A stretch of DNA of 63,950 nt, the filler included, from Gonapodya sp. JEL0774 (Eukaryota): the NCBI GenBank assembly GCA_027604505.1. It is 4 parts of 4 records of this genome, joined end to end, with 100 filler letters (N's around TTAATTAATTAA, not from the genome) between each part and the next. Parts side by side here need not be neighbours in the genome. Positions count along the whole stretch, not along the records: positions 16,149 to 32,182 come from JADIIX010000287.1; positions 32,283 to 48,315 come from JADIIX010000288.1; 2 more parts are not named here. One strand, 5' to 3'. Position numbers and translations under genes: made by a program. Under the pieces are notes generated by a model. That model was not told the DNA's origin and did no database searches. It was given only the letters and a program-made list of their open reading frames with translations. Position 1 is the first letter of the stretch. Every line of letters starts with the position of its first letter. Shown piece by piece: positions 27,728 to 40,674 of the stretch.

Positions 27728-29452
27728 CTACAATTTGATCTCCACCGTCCAGACGTCCCCGTACACACCAGCCATGTCCATCCCCCCTCCTATCACGACC
27801 ATACCTGCGTCTTTCCCTGTGGGGACCCAGACCGCCGCGTGATCTAGCCTTTCTCCGAAGTCACTAGAATTCCAACCGCCTGTTCCCCCTGGTCGACGTG
27901 CTGTCGGAACGGGACGCATGACGCATTTCAGTTGGTGCCATGTCAAGGTACGAAGATCGAGAAGAAAAGCGTCAGATAGGGAGTGCGGCTGGGGGCCAAG
28001 AGAGAGTCCTCCGTGTATGAAAAGGTGGGTGATGACAGGATCCGTACTTGATGCAACGGGCGTGACGTTAGTAGTAGGCTTTGTTCTCTGATCCACCATA
28101 ATCGCAGCATTGTCGATAGAGTTAGTGTCTGGAGCAGTCGCGGGTACCGTCCGTGATGATGGTGGTGGCAAACCAATTTCCGATCCTGAACCTAGTGATA
28201 TCCCAACGCACACATGGCCTGATCTAGCACGGGGTGGTTGCCCCTGTGTCTCTATACGCATCCATGTCTTCTTGACTAGGAAAGGCGAGCCATTCAATAC
28301 CCGTTCCCATCGCAGACGGGCGGCCGGACACTGGACGTACCAGTATCCCACATCCAGATTACTCGCTCGTCAATCCTCTGCGATTCTTTGCTAGAAGTTT
28401 CTGCCCCACCCACGATCCATATTTTATTACCGTCCGCCGCCATGCCGTGCCCGAGTCGAGCTGTCGGTTGAACCGTATTGGTATCAGTTGGTGGGACCCG
28501 TGTCCACTGGAACAAGTCAGTGCCTAGTATAGTGAGCTGTTTCAATTGTTCACTAAAACCGAGTGAATGGGACTCACCTGTCCTTCTTGCTCCCGTCGCC
28601 ACTGTCATCCTCCACCAGTCTCGATCCTGTACCGGCACGTCACCTTTCTCAGACCCTCCTCCCCACATCCACACATCTCTCACACTCTCATCTCCACTCT
28701 GTAGACTACCCCGCTGTTCAACGACGACGCATGCGCCACGTGCTGTCCTGGGAGCTGGGGTGGGATGTCGATCCGGGGACGGCGAATGGTGTTGCCAAAG
28801 GAGATCGTCTCGTCATGACGATGGCAAACCCAAGTTTAGTTGAGAGCTGTGCTGTCACCGTCAGCTGGGACTTTGCACTCACTCAATCCCAGAATCCAGG
28901 TATCAGCCCTCACTTCTGCTCCTGTAGATCCACCAAAAATCATCATTTTCCCGACTTCCACAGAAGCTTCGCTCGGCACACTACGAGTTGAATCAATAAG
29001 ACAAGAAAAGTGTTCATAGCGAGCGTCCGGGCTAGGTAGAACAGAACGAGACGTTCCGGAGATAGGAACATGGGAGTCGGGGGAAAGGAGAGGACGCCAA
29101 CGAGAAGAATCTATCAGGAAAAGCACGTTTATATGATGCCAAAGGGAAACGGCCACGTTGCTCATCGCCTCTCACCAAGATCCAACTCCCACATCTCGGC
29201 GCTCACTCCCTCCTCCCCGCTTGCCCCACCGAAAACCAAGATCTTTCCCTTTCGCTTTATTTCTCGCAGCTCTGGTTCCTTTCGCTCGGAATCCGCAATC
29301 GCGTCGGCAGTCCTGTCCGCCGCAGCGGCCGCTCCAGATTGAGCTGGCAGCTCCTGAGGGAGTGAGGGCAAATGAACGAAGCTGAGTCCCACGCGTGGAG
29401 ATGGGGCCGGCGGGACCGTTGGAACTGGCGCCCAGACAGATATGGGAGCCAT
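27728..29452 (-). CDS. Kelch-repeat beta-propeller protein (RABEPK/Rab9 effector-like)
   Basis: Repeated PxxR-x-H..GG..D(W) units: PSPRVG, ILVFGGAS..MWELD, PDARYEH, MIFGG, PTARLGHGM..IVGG, PRARSGH..IHGG, RLDHAA..VIGGG. Confidence 0.82.
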
Positions 29453-29746
29453 GGTGTCAGTATGTGTGTGACGGCTATGGCTTCGGCGGTCCCGCTGCGC
29501 ACATCCAGCGAGCGGTGCTTTATCTCATGAGACATCGATTTTACAAGCAACAAGAGTCTTCGGAAAGGGATGAAAATGTCAGAAAAACGTTCGGTTTTCT
29601 TCTGACTTTGGATTTGCAGGTCATGGTAAGTGTTTATTCACGATGAAACAGCTCCGTCTTCTATTCAATTTTATTCTATAAATGAGTGCTCCTGCTGTTC
29701 ATTCTGAGGTTGGGTGGGTTCTGTTGTGTGCCGTGATCATCGTTGA

Positions 29747-29844
29747 NNNNNNNNNNNNNNNNNNNNNNNNNNNNNNNNNNNNNNNNNNNNNNNNNNNNNN
29801 NNNNNNNNNNNNNNNNNNNNNNNNNNNNNNNNNNNNNNNNNNNN
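29747..29844. other. Assembly gap (run of Ns)
   Basis: About 98 Ns without the TTAA spacer. Confidence 0.95.
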
Positions 29845-30061
29845 TGAACATTTCGAGTTCCTCCGATGTTGAAAGCCCAATCAATCGGCAATCTTGAGCC
29901 GCAGTGAAGGAACTGACTTCCGTGGAGGATATTGTGAGTCCGACCGAAGACACCGCCGGGCAGCGTTTGCTGTAGCGGAACATCTTATTGGCCGTCATTG
30001 AGCTGACCGCTATTTTTAGCATTCAATACGTATTAAGACACACTAACAAGGACGATTGGCG

Positions 30062-30724
30062 ATGCTGACATCCAATTATGCTGGTGTCTTAGTGAATACC
30101 ACTCTTCCAGCCCCGCCATGCAACAGCAATCGCCCTACGATCATGACGGATCGGCTGGTCCTGAGACATTTGGACCTCAAGGACATCGGGCCTCTCCACG
30201 AGCTCAGAACCCAAGAGCCTGTAATGCGCTGGACTTCAGCAGGCCGTGTGGACCGAGATATATCGGAAACTGAGCAGAAGCTCGCTTTGTTTCTCCCACC
30301 CAACGATCTTGTCACAGTTAACTGCGCGATTTGCCTCCGTGACTCGGGGAAGTTTATTGGCGTCGGTGGCGTATACAGACTGAAGGGTGACTTTGGATGG
30401 CCGGAGCTGGGGTACATGTTTCGAACGGAGTATTGGGGCAAAGGTTTTGCGACTGAGTTTGTTCGAGCGTTCCTTCCTTACTACGCTGCCCTTCCTCGAA
30501 TCCCTGCTCGACTCTCAGTGAGTGAGAGCACTCTTGTGGATGGGTCGGCACCTGGTGGAGGCTCGGTCGAAGAGCTCCTTGTGGCTGTGATAGAAACGAG
30601 GAACGGTCCAAGTCATACCGTGCTGAAAAAGTGTGGGTTTGAGCATTTCTTGGACTTCGTGGATCCCGAAGATAGCAATCAACCACCCATTAATCTCATG
30701 GGGTTTCGTTGGGTTGTCAGATGA
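30062..30724 (+). CDS. GNAT acetyltransferase, RimJ/RimL-type (Acetyltransf_3), copy 1
   Basis: TDRLVLR, FIGVGG, WPELGYMFRTEYWGKGFATE (motif A), N-x-x-S..LKKCGF; intronless. Confidence 0.9.
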   Translation: MLTSNYAGVLVNTTLPAPPCNSNRPTIMTDRLVLRHLDLKDIGPLHELRTQEPVMRWTSAGRVDRDISETEQKLALFLPPNDLVTVNCAICLRDSGKFIGVGGVYRLKGDFGWPELGYMFRTEYWGKGFATEFVRAFLPYYAALPRIPARLSVSESTLVDGSAPGGGSVEELLVAVIETRNGPSHTVLKKCGFEHFLDFVDPEDSNQPPINLMGFRWVVR

Positions 30725-31079
30725 ATTGTCGTATTTATGCTACAGTAGTTTGAAACCATGAGATTTGCAACTACATTTTTACTCATGTATAGCCTAAACC
30801 CGACGATGCTTGCGGGAAAGCCATATTGTGAGTTAGAATCATGCGTAAATATGCGTCATGGGGTCGGTGCTTCTTGGCGAGTGCACTCATCCTCCGAACT
30901 CGCAATAAACAAATTCCTTGGTCTTTGAAAAGCGAGTGTTACTGGAAGACCAGGACAGTTGGTGCGCGAAGCGAGTCACCAGTCCCGTTTTTATGTCGTT
31001 GATGTGCCGCAGAACTCACGACGATGTATCTCCAGCAACGTCCAGATCCCTAGTTCTATCGCCGTCTGCACGATCGACA

Positions 31080-31772
31080 ATGCCATCACTCACTCATGCC
31101 AGAATCGCCGTCAATACGACTCTTCCAGTCCCACCCAGCAACAGCGAGCGGTCCCCCGTCGTCACGAATCGTTTGCTTCTGCGAGCATTGAAACCAGAAG
31201 ATATCGGGCCCCTCTATGAGCTCAGAACACAAGAGCCCGTCATGCGCTGGACGACAGCAGGTCGCGTTGATGGTGATATATCGGAATCACAGGAAAGGCT
31301 CACTGTGTCCGGACTCCCACCCCATGATCTCGTCACTGTCAATTGCGCAGTGTGTCTTCGAGACTCTGGGGAGTTCATCGGCATCGGTGGCGTTTATCGA
31401 TTGAAAGGGGACTTTGGATGGCCCGAATTAGGATACATGTTTCGAATGGAGTACTGGGGCAAAGGTTTCGCAACGGAGTTTGTTCGTGGATTCCTGGAGT
31501 TTTACGCTGCCATCCCTCGTATTCCGGTTGAAATACCGGTCAGCGAGAGCAGTATTGCTCATAGGTCAGTGACTGGAGAAAACTCGGTCACTGTGGAGGA
31601 GGTCTTGGTCGCTGTCATAGATGCGAAGAACATTCGAAGCCAGGGAGTGCTCGAGAAGAGCGGTTTCAAGCGATTTGAAGAATACAAAGAACTCGATAAT
31701 AATTCTAGCGATCAGTCATATGTGGATCTTATTGGATATCTCTGGATTGTCAAACGAAACGCCAGAAATTAG
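31080..31772 (+). CDS. GNAT acetyltransferase, RimJ/RimL-type, copy 2
   Basis: Close paralogue of copy 1: WPELGYMFRMEYWGKGFATE, NIRSQGVLEKSGF; intronless. Confidence 0.9.
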   Translation: MPSLTHARIAVNTTLPVPPSNSERSPVVTNRLLLRALKPEDIGPLYELRTQEPVMRWTTAGRVDGDISESQERLTVSGLPPHDLVTVNCAVCLRDSGEFIGIGGVYRLKGDFGWPELGYMFRMEYWGKGFATEFVRGFLEFYAAIPRIPVEIPVSESSIAHRSVTGENSVTVEEVLVAVIDAKNIRSQGVLEKSGFKRFEEYKELDNNSSDQSYVDLIGYLWIVKRNARN

Positions 31773-32003
31773 AGTACGGAGAGTTTTTATGAAAATTCAA
31801 GGAGAATGTTCGCCGTAAAACGCCACGCTCTCTGCGCGACTGCCCACCCTGAAGGAGACGTGCCGTTGGAGCTTATTTTCGGGTGCGTATATGCGCTTCC
31901 ATCCATCAAAGCGACAGACAGAGAAATGATGGCCATTGGTCCCTCAACGTCCTCTTGTTCGATCGTCCAGATCTGATTGGCCGTCTCAGTCCGCGAGCCC
32001 GCG

Positions 32004-32182
32004 ATGCTATCAGAAGAGCCGGAAATCATCACGGTGAACACCACCATTCCAGCGGCTCCCAGCAGTGCAGAGCGCTCGCCGGTTTTCACTGATCGGTTGC
32101 TTCTCCGACCCCTGCAACAAGGCGACATTGGGCCGCTACACGAGCTTCGGACCCAGGAGCCCGTAATGCGATGGACTTCTCT
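32004..32182 (+). CDS. GNAT acetyltransferase copy 3 (5' part, cut by the spacer)
   Basis: VNTTIPA..TDRLLLRPL..DIGPLHELRTQEPVMRWTS, nearly identical to copies 1 and 2. Confidence 0.85.
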
Positions 32183-32282
32183 NNNNNNNNNNNNNNNNNN
32201 NNNNNNNNNNNNNNNNNNNNNNNNNNTTAATTAATTAANNNNNNNNNNNNNNNNNNNNNNNNNNNNNNNNNNNNNNNNNNNN
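32183..32282. other. Artificial contig spacer
   Basis: Ns + TTAATTAATTAA. Confidence 0.97.
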
Positions 32283-32802
32283 ACCGACATCGGGTAAATT
32301 TATCCGAGTTTACCCTTTTATCCGACGTACTAGTCCAGTCGTCCCGGGGAGGGGAGGTACGAGAAGTCCCGGGAAACCACTGGGGGCACGCAACCGACCC
32401 ACGAATTCAAATTTACAGCCCTCTGTGAGTTTATATTGTGCGCCCCAGGTCTGAGGGAGGCCTAATTTTAATTATTATGATGGGGCAAAGGTGTCCTATA
32501 TAAAATTGTCGGTTTCGGGCTGTACTACGATGGTGGGGGGGGCTCAACACGGAACACTTGAAGCTTCGGTCGCGGGTACAACACTGCTGCTCAAGCCATC
32601 GTGGTTGCGATCAACGTTTGAAGCATTGATTTTGGTATTTCTGACGTGCGTTTGGTATGACATTTCCCCAAGGTCACTTCCGCCTGTTACCAATGTCTCC
32701 CTTTAAGCGACAAGACGCGCGAATCATACCATCTCTCTTCAAGCGACAACACACTCCAGCATATGTCCCCGTCGGAGCTACCCAGAAAAATGTGAATTGC
32801 TC

Positions 32803-33842
32803 TGAGGGGTGTCTTCCGTTTGTGACCAGGACGCTGAGCACGCATTCCGTATGTTCGGCTGTCACCGGTTTATTACTTGCGCCAAGATTTTGTCATTGCT
32901 GGTCGGCTCACCACCTTCATTGGAGGGGGACGTTCATGTCTATTATGATGGTTGGGTAGGCTGAACGTGACCCTTTGAAGTTTGGTGTCGCTGGGACAAC
33001 ACCGCTGGTTGAGTCATTGCCGTGCAATTTGCATCTGAGCTGTTGGTGTTGATTAACACTGACATGAGCGTTTGGCATGACAGATCCCCAAGATCCCCTC
33101 AAACCCTTGTGTCGGATCTCGATCCCGGATGCGGTGGGTACTGAATTCTACGCGAAGCGCAGGGTGCAATGGTGAACACTGAGCAGTCTCCTCGTGGCGC
33201 ACTCCAGAAACGTTCTGGTTTCCATGTCCGGGACGTCTAATGCTCGCCAAGAATCCGACAACCAAAGAGACCTGTGAGTCAATATTTCTAAAGTTTTGAC
33301 AGGCCGGGAAGGATGTATATTCTCATTAGCATGCCTCCATCCAGTACCACGATCAAGATAAAATTTATCGAACGTGTTAGTCCGTCAAGGGGTTGAAGAG
33401 TTCACGGGTGGACGGTCGGTATGATATTTTCTGGGGAAGTGTTTACACTGAAGATGCCATCCCTGCGTCGAACCGTTATCGCGTGCTACAGGTGTGCCAC
33501 ATTTCCTTTCAAGTGACAAGACGCTCAAGCTTTCATTGTCGTTGTGACTCCTCAGAAAGAGCAGTATTACATCCCCATCCATGCTAGAAGGATGAGTATT
33601 GTTTTGACTTTTGGGGGGTGTCTTCCTGTTGTAACCGTCATACCAAGCAGTCACCCCGTATGTTCGGCCGTCACTGGGGTCATTATTTGCGCCGAGTTTT
33701 TGTCTTCATGTAATGGTCGGTTCACCCCAATCATTGCAGGGGGATGTTCAGTCTACTTTGATAGTTGGGTGGACTGAACGTCACGTCGTTACACTTTGAA
33801 GGTCGGTGGTGTCGGGGGGACAACAGTGCTGGTTGAGTCATC
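32803..33842. repeat. Diverged direct repeat of about 220 bp (about 32803-33018 and 33613-33842)
   Basis: Shared blocks GGGGTGTCTTCC, CCGTATGTTCGGC, TGGTCGG, CTGAACGT and GCTGGTTGAGTCAT in the same order. Confidence 0.7.
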
Positions 33843-34226
33843 ATGGTTGCGCTCTGTTTTTTTTTGACAAGTTGTCTTGAGCGTGTGTGGCTCCATTTCA
33901 TCGCCCATAAAGTAAACGGTTGTAGATGTATACATTACGCAAACGTCATCATATTATCACTACTTCGATTTGCATTTGAAGTTTCAATATTCCCGAACTC
34001 CGTCCCCAGTGAGGACGGAACACCACTGATTATCGGCATAATCGGACGTAGTTCAGACCGTTCGTTGAAGAGCTCGGTAATGAAATATTATTATGTGCCA
34101 ATGAAGAATTACAGTTGACTACATACTGTGCAAACTACATATATCAGATGGTTCGGAACCGTCGCAGATTGACCCACGCAGCCGATCCAACAACAAATTT
34201 GTGAAAAGGCATTCCACATCTGCCGA

Positions 34227-35721
34227 ATGTCGAAGCCTGATTTCAAAGTCGATGATATTCCTGACCTGACCGGCAAGGTTGCTATAGTGACTGGTGAGTT
34301 GTACACTTCCCGCTAAAATTCCCTTGGGCGGGTGTAGCGAGCCGAAAGAACCACAATCATCAGTGTTGCAATCTCGGATCAACTGATTCATGGCCTTTTT
34401 ACCGTCCAAATTGTCGATCCAGGTGCATCTGCTGGTATCGGAAAGGAATCTGTCCTGCAGCTTGCGAAGAAAAATTGTCATGTGATTCTTGCTGTCCGAT
34501 CACTCTCGAAGGGCGAAGATGTTGCCCAGGAAATCAGGATGCAGGCTCCAGAATCGAAAATTGAAGTCGCGTCGCTGGATTTGGCGGATTTGGCGTCCGT
34601 GAAGAAGTTTGCAGACGAGTTCATGGCGAAAGGATTGCCTCTACACATTTTGATGAACAACGCTGGCGAGTAGACGCAATTTAAGTCGCTTTCTTTCATA
34701 GCTGACAGCTTATAAATTTTTAGGTATCTCTTTCATGAAGTTCTCCCTTACAAAGGATGGTTACGAGAACCAATGGCAGGTGAAAAGTTACTCAAGGCAG
34801 GCCGTTCCCAGAAGTGACAGTTCTCATTCGTGTGGTTCTGTTTTTCAGTCAAATCATCTCGGCCATTTTTTCCTAACCCTTCTCCTCCTCCCCCTCATGC
34901 GGGAAACTGCCTCTCCCACGTCACCGGTAGTGATACACAATGTTTCTTCCTTGTCCGCGTATGATTCATATAAGAACGGGGTTCTTTCGAAAGATGAGAT
35001 CAATGATGAAAAGATCTACTCTCCAGGAAAGGCGTATGGGCAAAGCAAAGTGAGTTAAGCTCTGGTCTGTGGGAGAAACGAAAATATAGGAAAACTGACC
35101 CAACTTCGTCCCTCTGCCATATTGGAATAGCTGGCACAAGTTGCTTTTACTCGAGAACTGGCCAGTCGCCTCGGCCCCGACTCAAACATCACCGTGACTG
35201 CATGTCACCCAGGCAGTACGTGCCGGCTCTTCGCTCTCAATCGATTGTAAGATCTCATCTTCAAATTCATCATTTATGTTTCCTGTTTTCTCTTTGAAGC
35301 TATGATACGTACGGAGATCACGACAAAGGTTGATGCCAGTTTAATCGTAAATGCGATCGCGAGATTGGTTTCTTGGACAATTGGACCAACTGTTCCCCAA
35401 GGCGGTGAGTACAAACTGTCAGTGTCTTCTAAGATTTATATTTCCTTACCTGCTGGTTCATAAATCCTCTCTGGTGAACTCTTCGTTCCACTTGGTTAAG
35501 CCCTCACACAACTCTATCTGTCCACAACCCCTCTGTTCCCCAACCTGATGGCCAAAAACCCCATAATTTCTGGTTCTTATTTTACCTACATTTGTAAGCA
35601 TGTGGATCTGAAACCCACTTCCTGGCTAGCAAGCGACGAACTGGCCAAGCGGGTTTGGGCATTGAGTGAACAGCAGATTCAAGACAAAGGCTTTGTTTTG
35701 CCTGAGGTGGCGAAGTTGTGA
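34227..35721 (+). CDS. Retinol dehydrogenase/WWOX-like short-chain dehydrogenase, multi-exon
   Basis: IPDLTGKVAIVTG|ASAGIG (TGxxxGxG), LDLADLASVKKFA, LMNNAG, NHLGHFFLT, NVSS, YGQSK (YxxxK), CHPG. Confidence 0.92.
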
Positions 35722-35853
35722 TAGGCTTCTCAGGATACCTACAGCAAAGCAAAGTAATAGATGGCGTCTACAAAAAATTGATGCACACAACAAGAAAACT
35801 ATCACATACACACCCTGCCGGTAAATCCATTAAACAGACGGTCTCTGTCTGCG

Positions 35854-37127
35854 ATGTCTGCATTTTTCGTTCGCCAGATACCTCGACTGGTGTATCAACC
35901 GGCGTTAGAGGCATCCTGTCGTCGCATTCAACATGCACACCTCCATGCAACATCCCCAGCCCGCACCCTTCTCCCTTGGTCTCGGAAGCCTTCCACACGT
36001 GATCCCCGCAAGATGAGGACCGGTGTGAAGCGGACGGGACATCCGGGACCCCCTGTTTCCCAACGCCCCCCTCCAACCCGAACCATTCTGCCCTTTCTCG
36101 CTTCCAAGAGCACTCCGTCGCCTCCTCCGGTATTTGAAGGAAATCTTGAGGCCACTCTTGCATCACACTATGGGCGCATTCAGGGGAAAGGGTGGTGGGA
36201 CGAGGAGCATTTGTCCCGAAGGTTGTATGCCGAGCAGCATGCAGCCGCAACTGTGGGACTCCAACTACCCGAACCTCCATCGTCGCGTGGACCTTACCAT
36301 CGAAGCCATTTTACCCGATCTGAAGTGAACTTTGTCCTCGCAGATGTACCCGCTGCGATGGCCGCTGAGGCATCGGACCCTTTGGCAGAAACGAGACTCG
36401 CGGAGCGAGCGGAGCTGGTGCGGAGAGTGACGACCTTGGAGAATGCGGGACAGCGGGAGGTTGCGGGATTCAATGTGCGGCGGGTGCGAGACGTCTTTGG
36501 GAGGGGGAGCTCAGACACGGGAAGCCCAGAGGTTCAAGGTGAACGTTACTCTGTATCCCCCTTGCTGAAAACTCATCAGCTCATCTGTATCATTGCTTCA
36601 TGCGATTTAACTTCTTTTCCCTTGTCGTCGCATGTTGTCTTGGCGCTCCATTCAATCGCAACTGTACTTTCTTCCAGCCTCCATCTTCACTGTGCGTATT
36701 CTTAATCTGGAAAATCACCTCACCACATGTACTCAGCGAGATGTGGCTGCGCGACGGAAACTGAACGATTATGTTGAGAAGAGAAGAAAGATACTTCTTT
36801 ATCTGAAACGAACGGTGAGTAGGCACGACGTTGGTGGGAACTGCAACTGGAACTCCTGTAAAATGAATCTGAGAAGGGCCTCTTGGACTCATTTTGTGGA
36901 GTGTGAAGAACCTTTATTATCAGGATGCAAAGGTCGTTTACTCCCTCGTGTTCGCTCCTTGTTTGATACCCGTTTCACTGATCGAGTTTCTGGCGCGTCT
37001 TTGCGGCACTTCGCCCTTCCGAAACACCGTCATCTGCTCTCTTAATCCACTGTGCTAGAACCTCCCCCGTTTCGTGGAGGTTTCCAAAGCCCTGGGTATC
37101 GATCCCAACTCCATAATAGGCCGGTAG
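35854..37127 (+). CDS. Mitochondrial ribosomal protein uS15m (yeast Mrps28-like), 3 exons
   Basis: DTGSPEVQ|ASIFTVRILNLENHL..RRKILLYLKRT|NLPRFVEVSKALGI; Arg-rich presequence. Confidence 0.88.
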
Positions 37128-37444
37128 GCTCTCTCCTATCTTAATCTGTGAGAGGCGTTGCAGAGGTGTCACGATTCGTGTTGCACGACCTGTCGCTAGC
37201 CAATAAACACCACGACTTATGAATTCGTATACATGCATACCGCCCGAAATGACTAATTTTTGACTGCGATTTATGCATCTTCAAAGTCGCGTACACGGGC
37301 CGGAGGGACTTAGTTCGCAAGAAGTCTCCCGGCCTCCCTTCGGTCAAATAGGGATAGGTTCTTTCGTCGCTAGCTTTTCATGGGTTGTTCCGCATAGGAC
37401 AACTGACTCAAAACTGATGCTGATGCCCTCACAAAATCATTCGT

Positions 37445-37586
37445 CCTTGCTGCGCCTGTCCCTGCTTCCCGTGTCCTCGCTTCTCCCGAACTTCTTTCCC
37501 GTGTCCTTGCTCTTCCCGTCCTCGCTTCTCCTGGATGCTTTTCCCGTCCTCCCGTCTCCCATACTTGCTTCCCGTGTCCTTGCTTC
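37445..37586. repeat. Pyrimidine-rich degenerate tandem repeat (TTCCCGTGTCCT[C/T]GCT units)
   Basis: About 5 degenerate units seen directly, upstream of the LrgB-like gene. Confidence 0.6.
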
Positions 37587-37909
37587 TAACGTAACCCCTC
37601 CCCAGCACAAACTCAACTTGGGGGTTTCGTCGGTCGCATATTAAAGTCGGCTGCAGAACACCTGTGCAGACATATATAGGTCTATCGAGTGTCAGGTGCG
37701 GTGGGTTTAATTGCGTGAGGTCAGATTCGATTAGTCGTCTGGGCTCCAAAATTTGCAGCCGATCTTCAACACAATTCGAAACAACCTTACTGACACGAAT
37801 TGGCACTGTAACGATTGTCGTTGCAGAGAATAAGGGTGGGAAGACTTCGATCTGCCGGAAAACTGAATTCATCCTTCCATTGGGTCGTATTCGCATCGAT
37901 ATCAGCATC

Positions 37910-40486
37910 ATGACAGTTCTCCAAGTCGTCCGATCCCGCACTGTCCGCCATCTTCGCAAGTACAGGCGCAGACTCTGGGAGAATTGGATCCAGACACCCC
38001 CAACTATTTTCGCATTCTGGATGCTAATGTGGGGCATCAATCAATCTCTGACAGCCTTTGGTCTCTCGTTTCCTCCAAGTGTGGGTGCCAATATTTGTAA
38101 TAACCATCTATGATTATCCGTTCCGTGTAATATCGTGTTGCAATTCTCGTTCCAGGTAATTGCCTTACTCGTGATTTTCTGTCTTCTCCTTATCTGTGAC
38201 AGATTGCTGCCGAGAACAATCATGAATGCCATTCTCTACTTGTTTCACCCTGGCTGCTGCTTTTTGCTCAAGTGGATGGCAGTGTTGTTTTCGCCTGCAC
38301 TGGTGACCATCCCCCAGATGCCATTTATAGGGTTGATTGAGGTCCTCAAGGTCTCTGCAGTGTTCGGTGAGGTCTTCGCGATGTTGACATAATCTCTTCA
38401 TACCTGTGATTTGTGTGTCACTGGCTACATTTTCTGTAGTAGTGGGCCTGTTCGTGTTCATTCCTTTCGCTGCATATATCGCACTTGGAGCAAAGCGAAT
38501 TGCTGCATTTTGCGAAGGACTACGAGCTTCAGATCCAAAGACTACTGAGTCTTATCGTGCAGATAGCGTGAACGATCGAATTCCGTTCTCTAATAAGGGA
38601 GACCGTATGCAGGCGGTCCCTGAACAGGATATAACAGAACCGTTGTTGGTACTCCCTACCCCTGTATGGCCACCGCCTCCAGGAGCAGCAAGTGAACTGG
38701 AGATTGAAAGTGACGAGGAAGAGGAGGGAATGACTACCGTTGGTGGTGAAGAATCGATGTTGAGAAAGTTTGAGAATGGTTCCGTTACAACAGGTATTCT
38801 CCATGCGAGATTGAGCGATCCTCTCACACGTCAGATGGAATGGTTCACATTTATTCTTTGCGTTTTGGTTTGGTATGGAAGCCTCCCCACGTCGTCCATC
38901 GAAGGTGTCGCAGTTCTTCGAGGCATTCCCAACTTCTCGGGACCCACCATCGTTCGACTTTGACCATCCTGTTTCCGAAATAGTCGACGAGACCCTCTCA
39001 GCACACTCTGCTCCGTCGCTCATTCGAGCCTCTTCGAAAGAAGTGCTCGAATCGGATCGCGGCGCCGGCGACGCCTCTAGTGCATTGCAACCCGATCCTG
39101 TGCGCAATTCTGGTATCCCTCGCAAGTCTATTGACCCGAGCGGAAACACTGTAATATCAAATCATGCCATTGCAGTAAAGCGGGGATCATCACGTCCTCT
39201 CACGGTTCACGTCTTCACCTTCGTGGCAATCTTTCTTGTTTCACTCTCCATCTACGCCGCGAAAGGGATCGTAACCCCAGCTTTGTTATCATGGAATATT
39301 CTTGCCTACTTTTTGGGGATGTACTTACCCGATCGCTTCAAGAAAGTCTTCCATCCTTTGCTCACATGCGTTGTATTGACGTGGGCCGGTATTGCCGCAC
39401 TGGGGGCAGTCACGGGTTCGGGATTCGTTCAAGGTATATTGTCCGCAAGATTTTTGCGCCTTGGAGAGTTAACACTGTTGTGTGCTGAATGTGTCCGTTT
39501 CCTGATGCTGACAGCAATCAAACTCTATAGCAACGGATTCAAGGTCGGTGTCCAGCCAAAACCTGGACTTACCACACACATCTCGTACCTTTATCGTTTC
39601 TTTGAAAGTATCTGCTATTCTTCTCACCTCCTGCGGATACCCCACGGTCACTGCCCGGTGCCGGAGACGTCCTGTTATCAATGCTCGATGCAAGGTGAGC
39701 AGCTCGTGTTTTTTCCCACTCAAGTGGACGAATGTCTGCTTCATCCCCCGTTTGGTGTGGAATTTAGTGTTGTTGCTCTTGCTTTCAAAATGTACGAGCA
39801 CCGGCTGCTGCTCGCAAAGCGAGTGAGTGACTTAGATCAACTACGCACCTGGTGATGATAACAATCGCTAAAATCTTTCCTCAATCCACTGAGAACAGGG
39901 GTTTGAGATCATTTTTACTGTGGCTACCATATCTTTTTGTGCAATCTGGTTTCACGTTCTGTTCTCGCGACTGTTGGGGCTGAACAAATTCATTGCTCTC
40001 GCTATGGGGCCTCGGTGAGATGTTCATCACGTTTATCACCCTGTAGCCAATAATTGATTGACTTGCGCGGAACTTGCAAGCTTCGTTACGACACCTCTTG
40101 CCATACAAGCAGCAACATCACTTGGTGCTCAGAGTTCACTCTCTGCGACACTTGTTGTTTTGACAGGCATTCTCGGTGCCATTGTTGGTCCATCAATACT
40201 CAAAATTTCTCGAGTTGATATGTGTAAGTTTATGGCAGACGGCTTCTCGCACACACAACCACCTTGCTCACATATTCTGCGTATGATATCCACAGCAGAT
40301 TCCCTGTTGGTTGGTCTGGCGACAGGATCTACCTCCCACGGTATCGGGACGTCGAGCCTTCTCGTCAGTTTCCCAGATGCCGCTGCAGTCTCATCGGTGG
40401 CATTCCTCTTATCTGGGGTTCTCACCGTTGCCTTGACTAAGGTGCCTCCCTTACAGGCAGCGTTGATTGCCGCTGCAGGAGTCTAG
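37910..40486 (+). CDS. LrgA-LrgB fusion (PLGG1/CidAB-like) membrane transporter, multi-exon
   Basis: N-terminal FPPSV..LLKWMAVLFSPALV (LrgA-like); C-terminal HPLLTC, VVALAFKMY, PR|FVTTPLA, VVLTGILGA, GLATGSTSHGIGT (LrgB). Confidence 0.85.
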
Positions 40487-40674
40487 CTCGAACGAACGCC
40501 ATCTGAAGCATTGCTACTCACTGGCGGGCACTTCATTCTGCCACCTTCTGCACTTGGTAGTCCTGGCGTTTTGGCCATGTAAGATACGTCGTCATTTGCA
40601 ATTACAATGCATGTTCGTTTAGAATAGAAGACAAGAGTTTTGCATTCGTCTTGAAATCATGATCAAGATGGACA

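Noticed and set aside
29682..29746. MSAPAVHSEVGWVLLCAVIIV, resembling a MAPEG/MGST3 N-terminus
   Set aside because: Only 21 codons before the assembly gap; too little to call.
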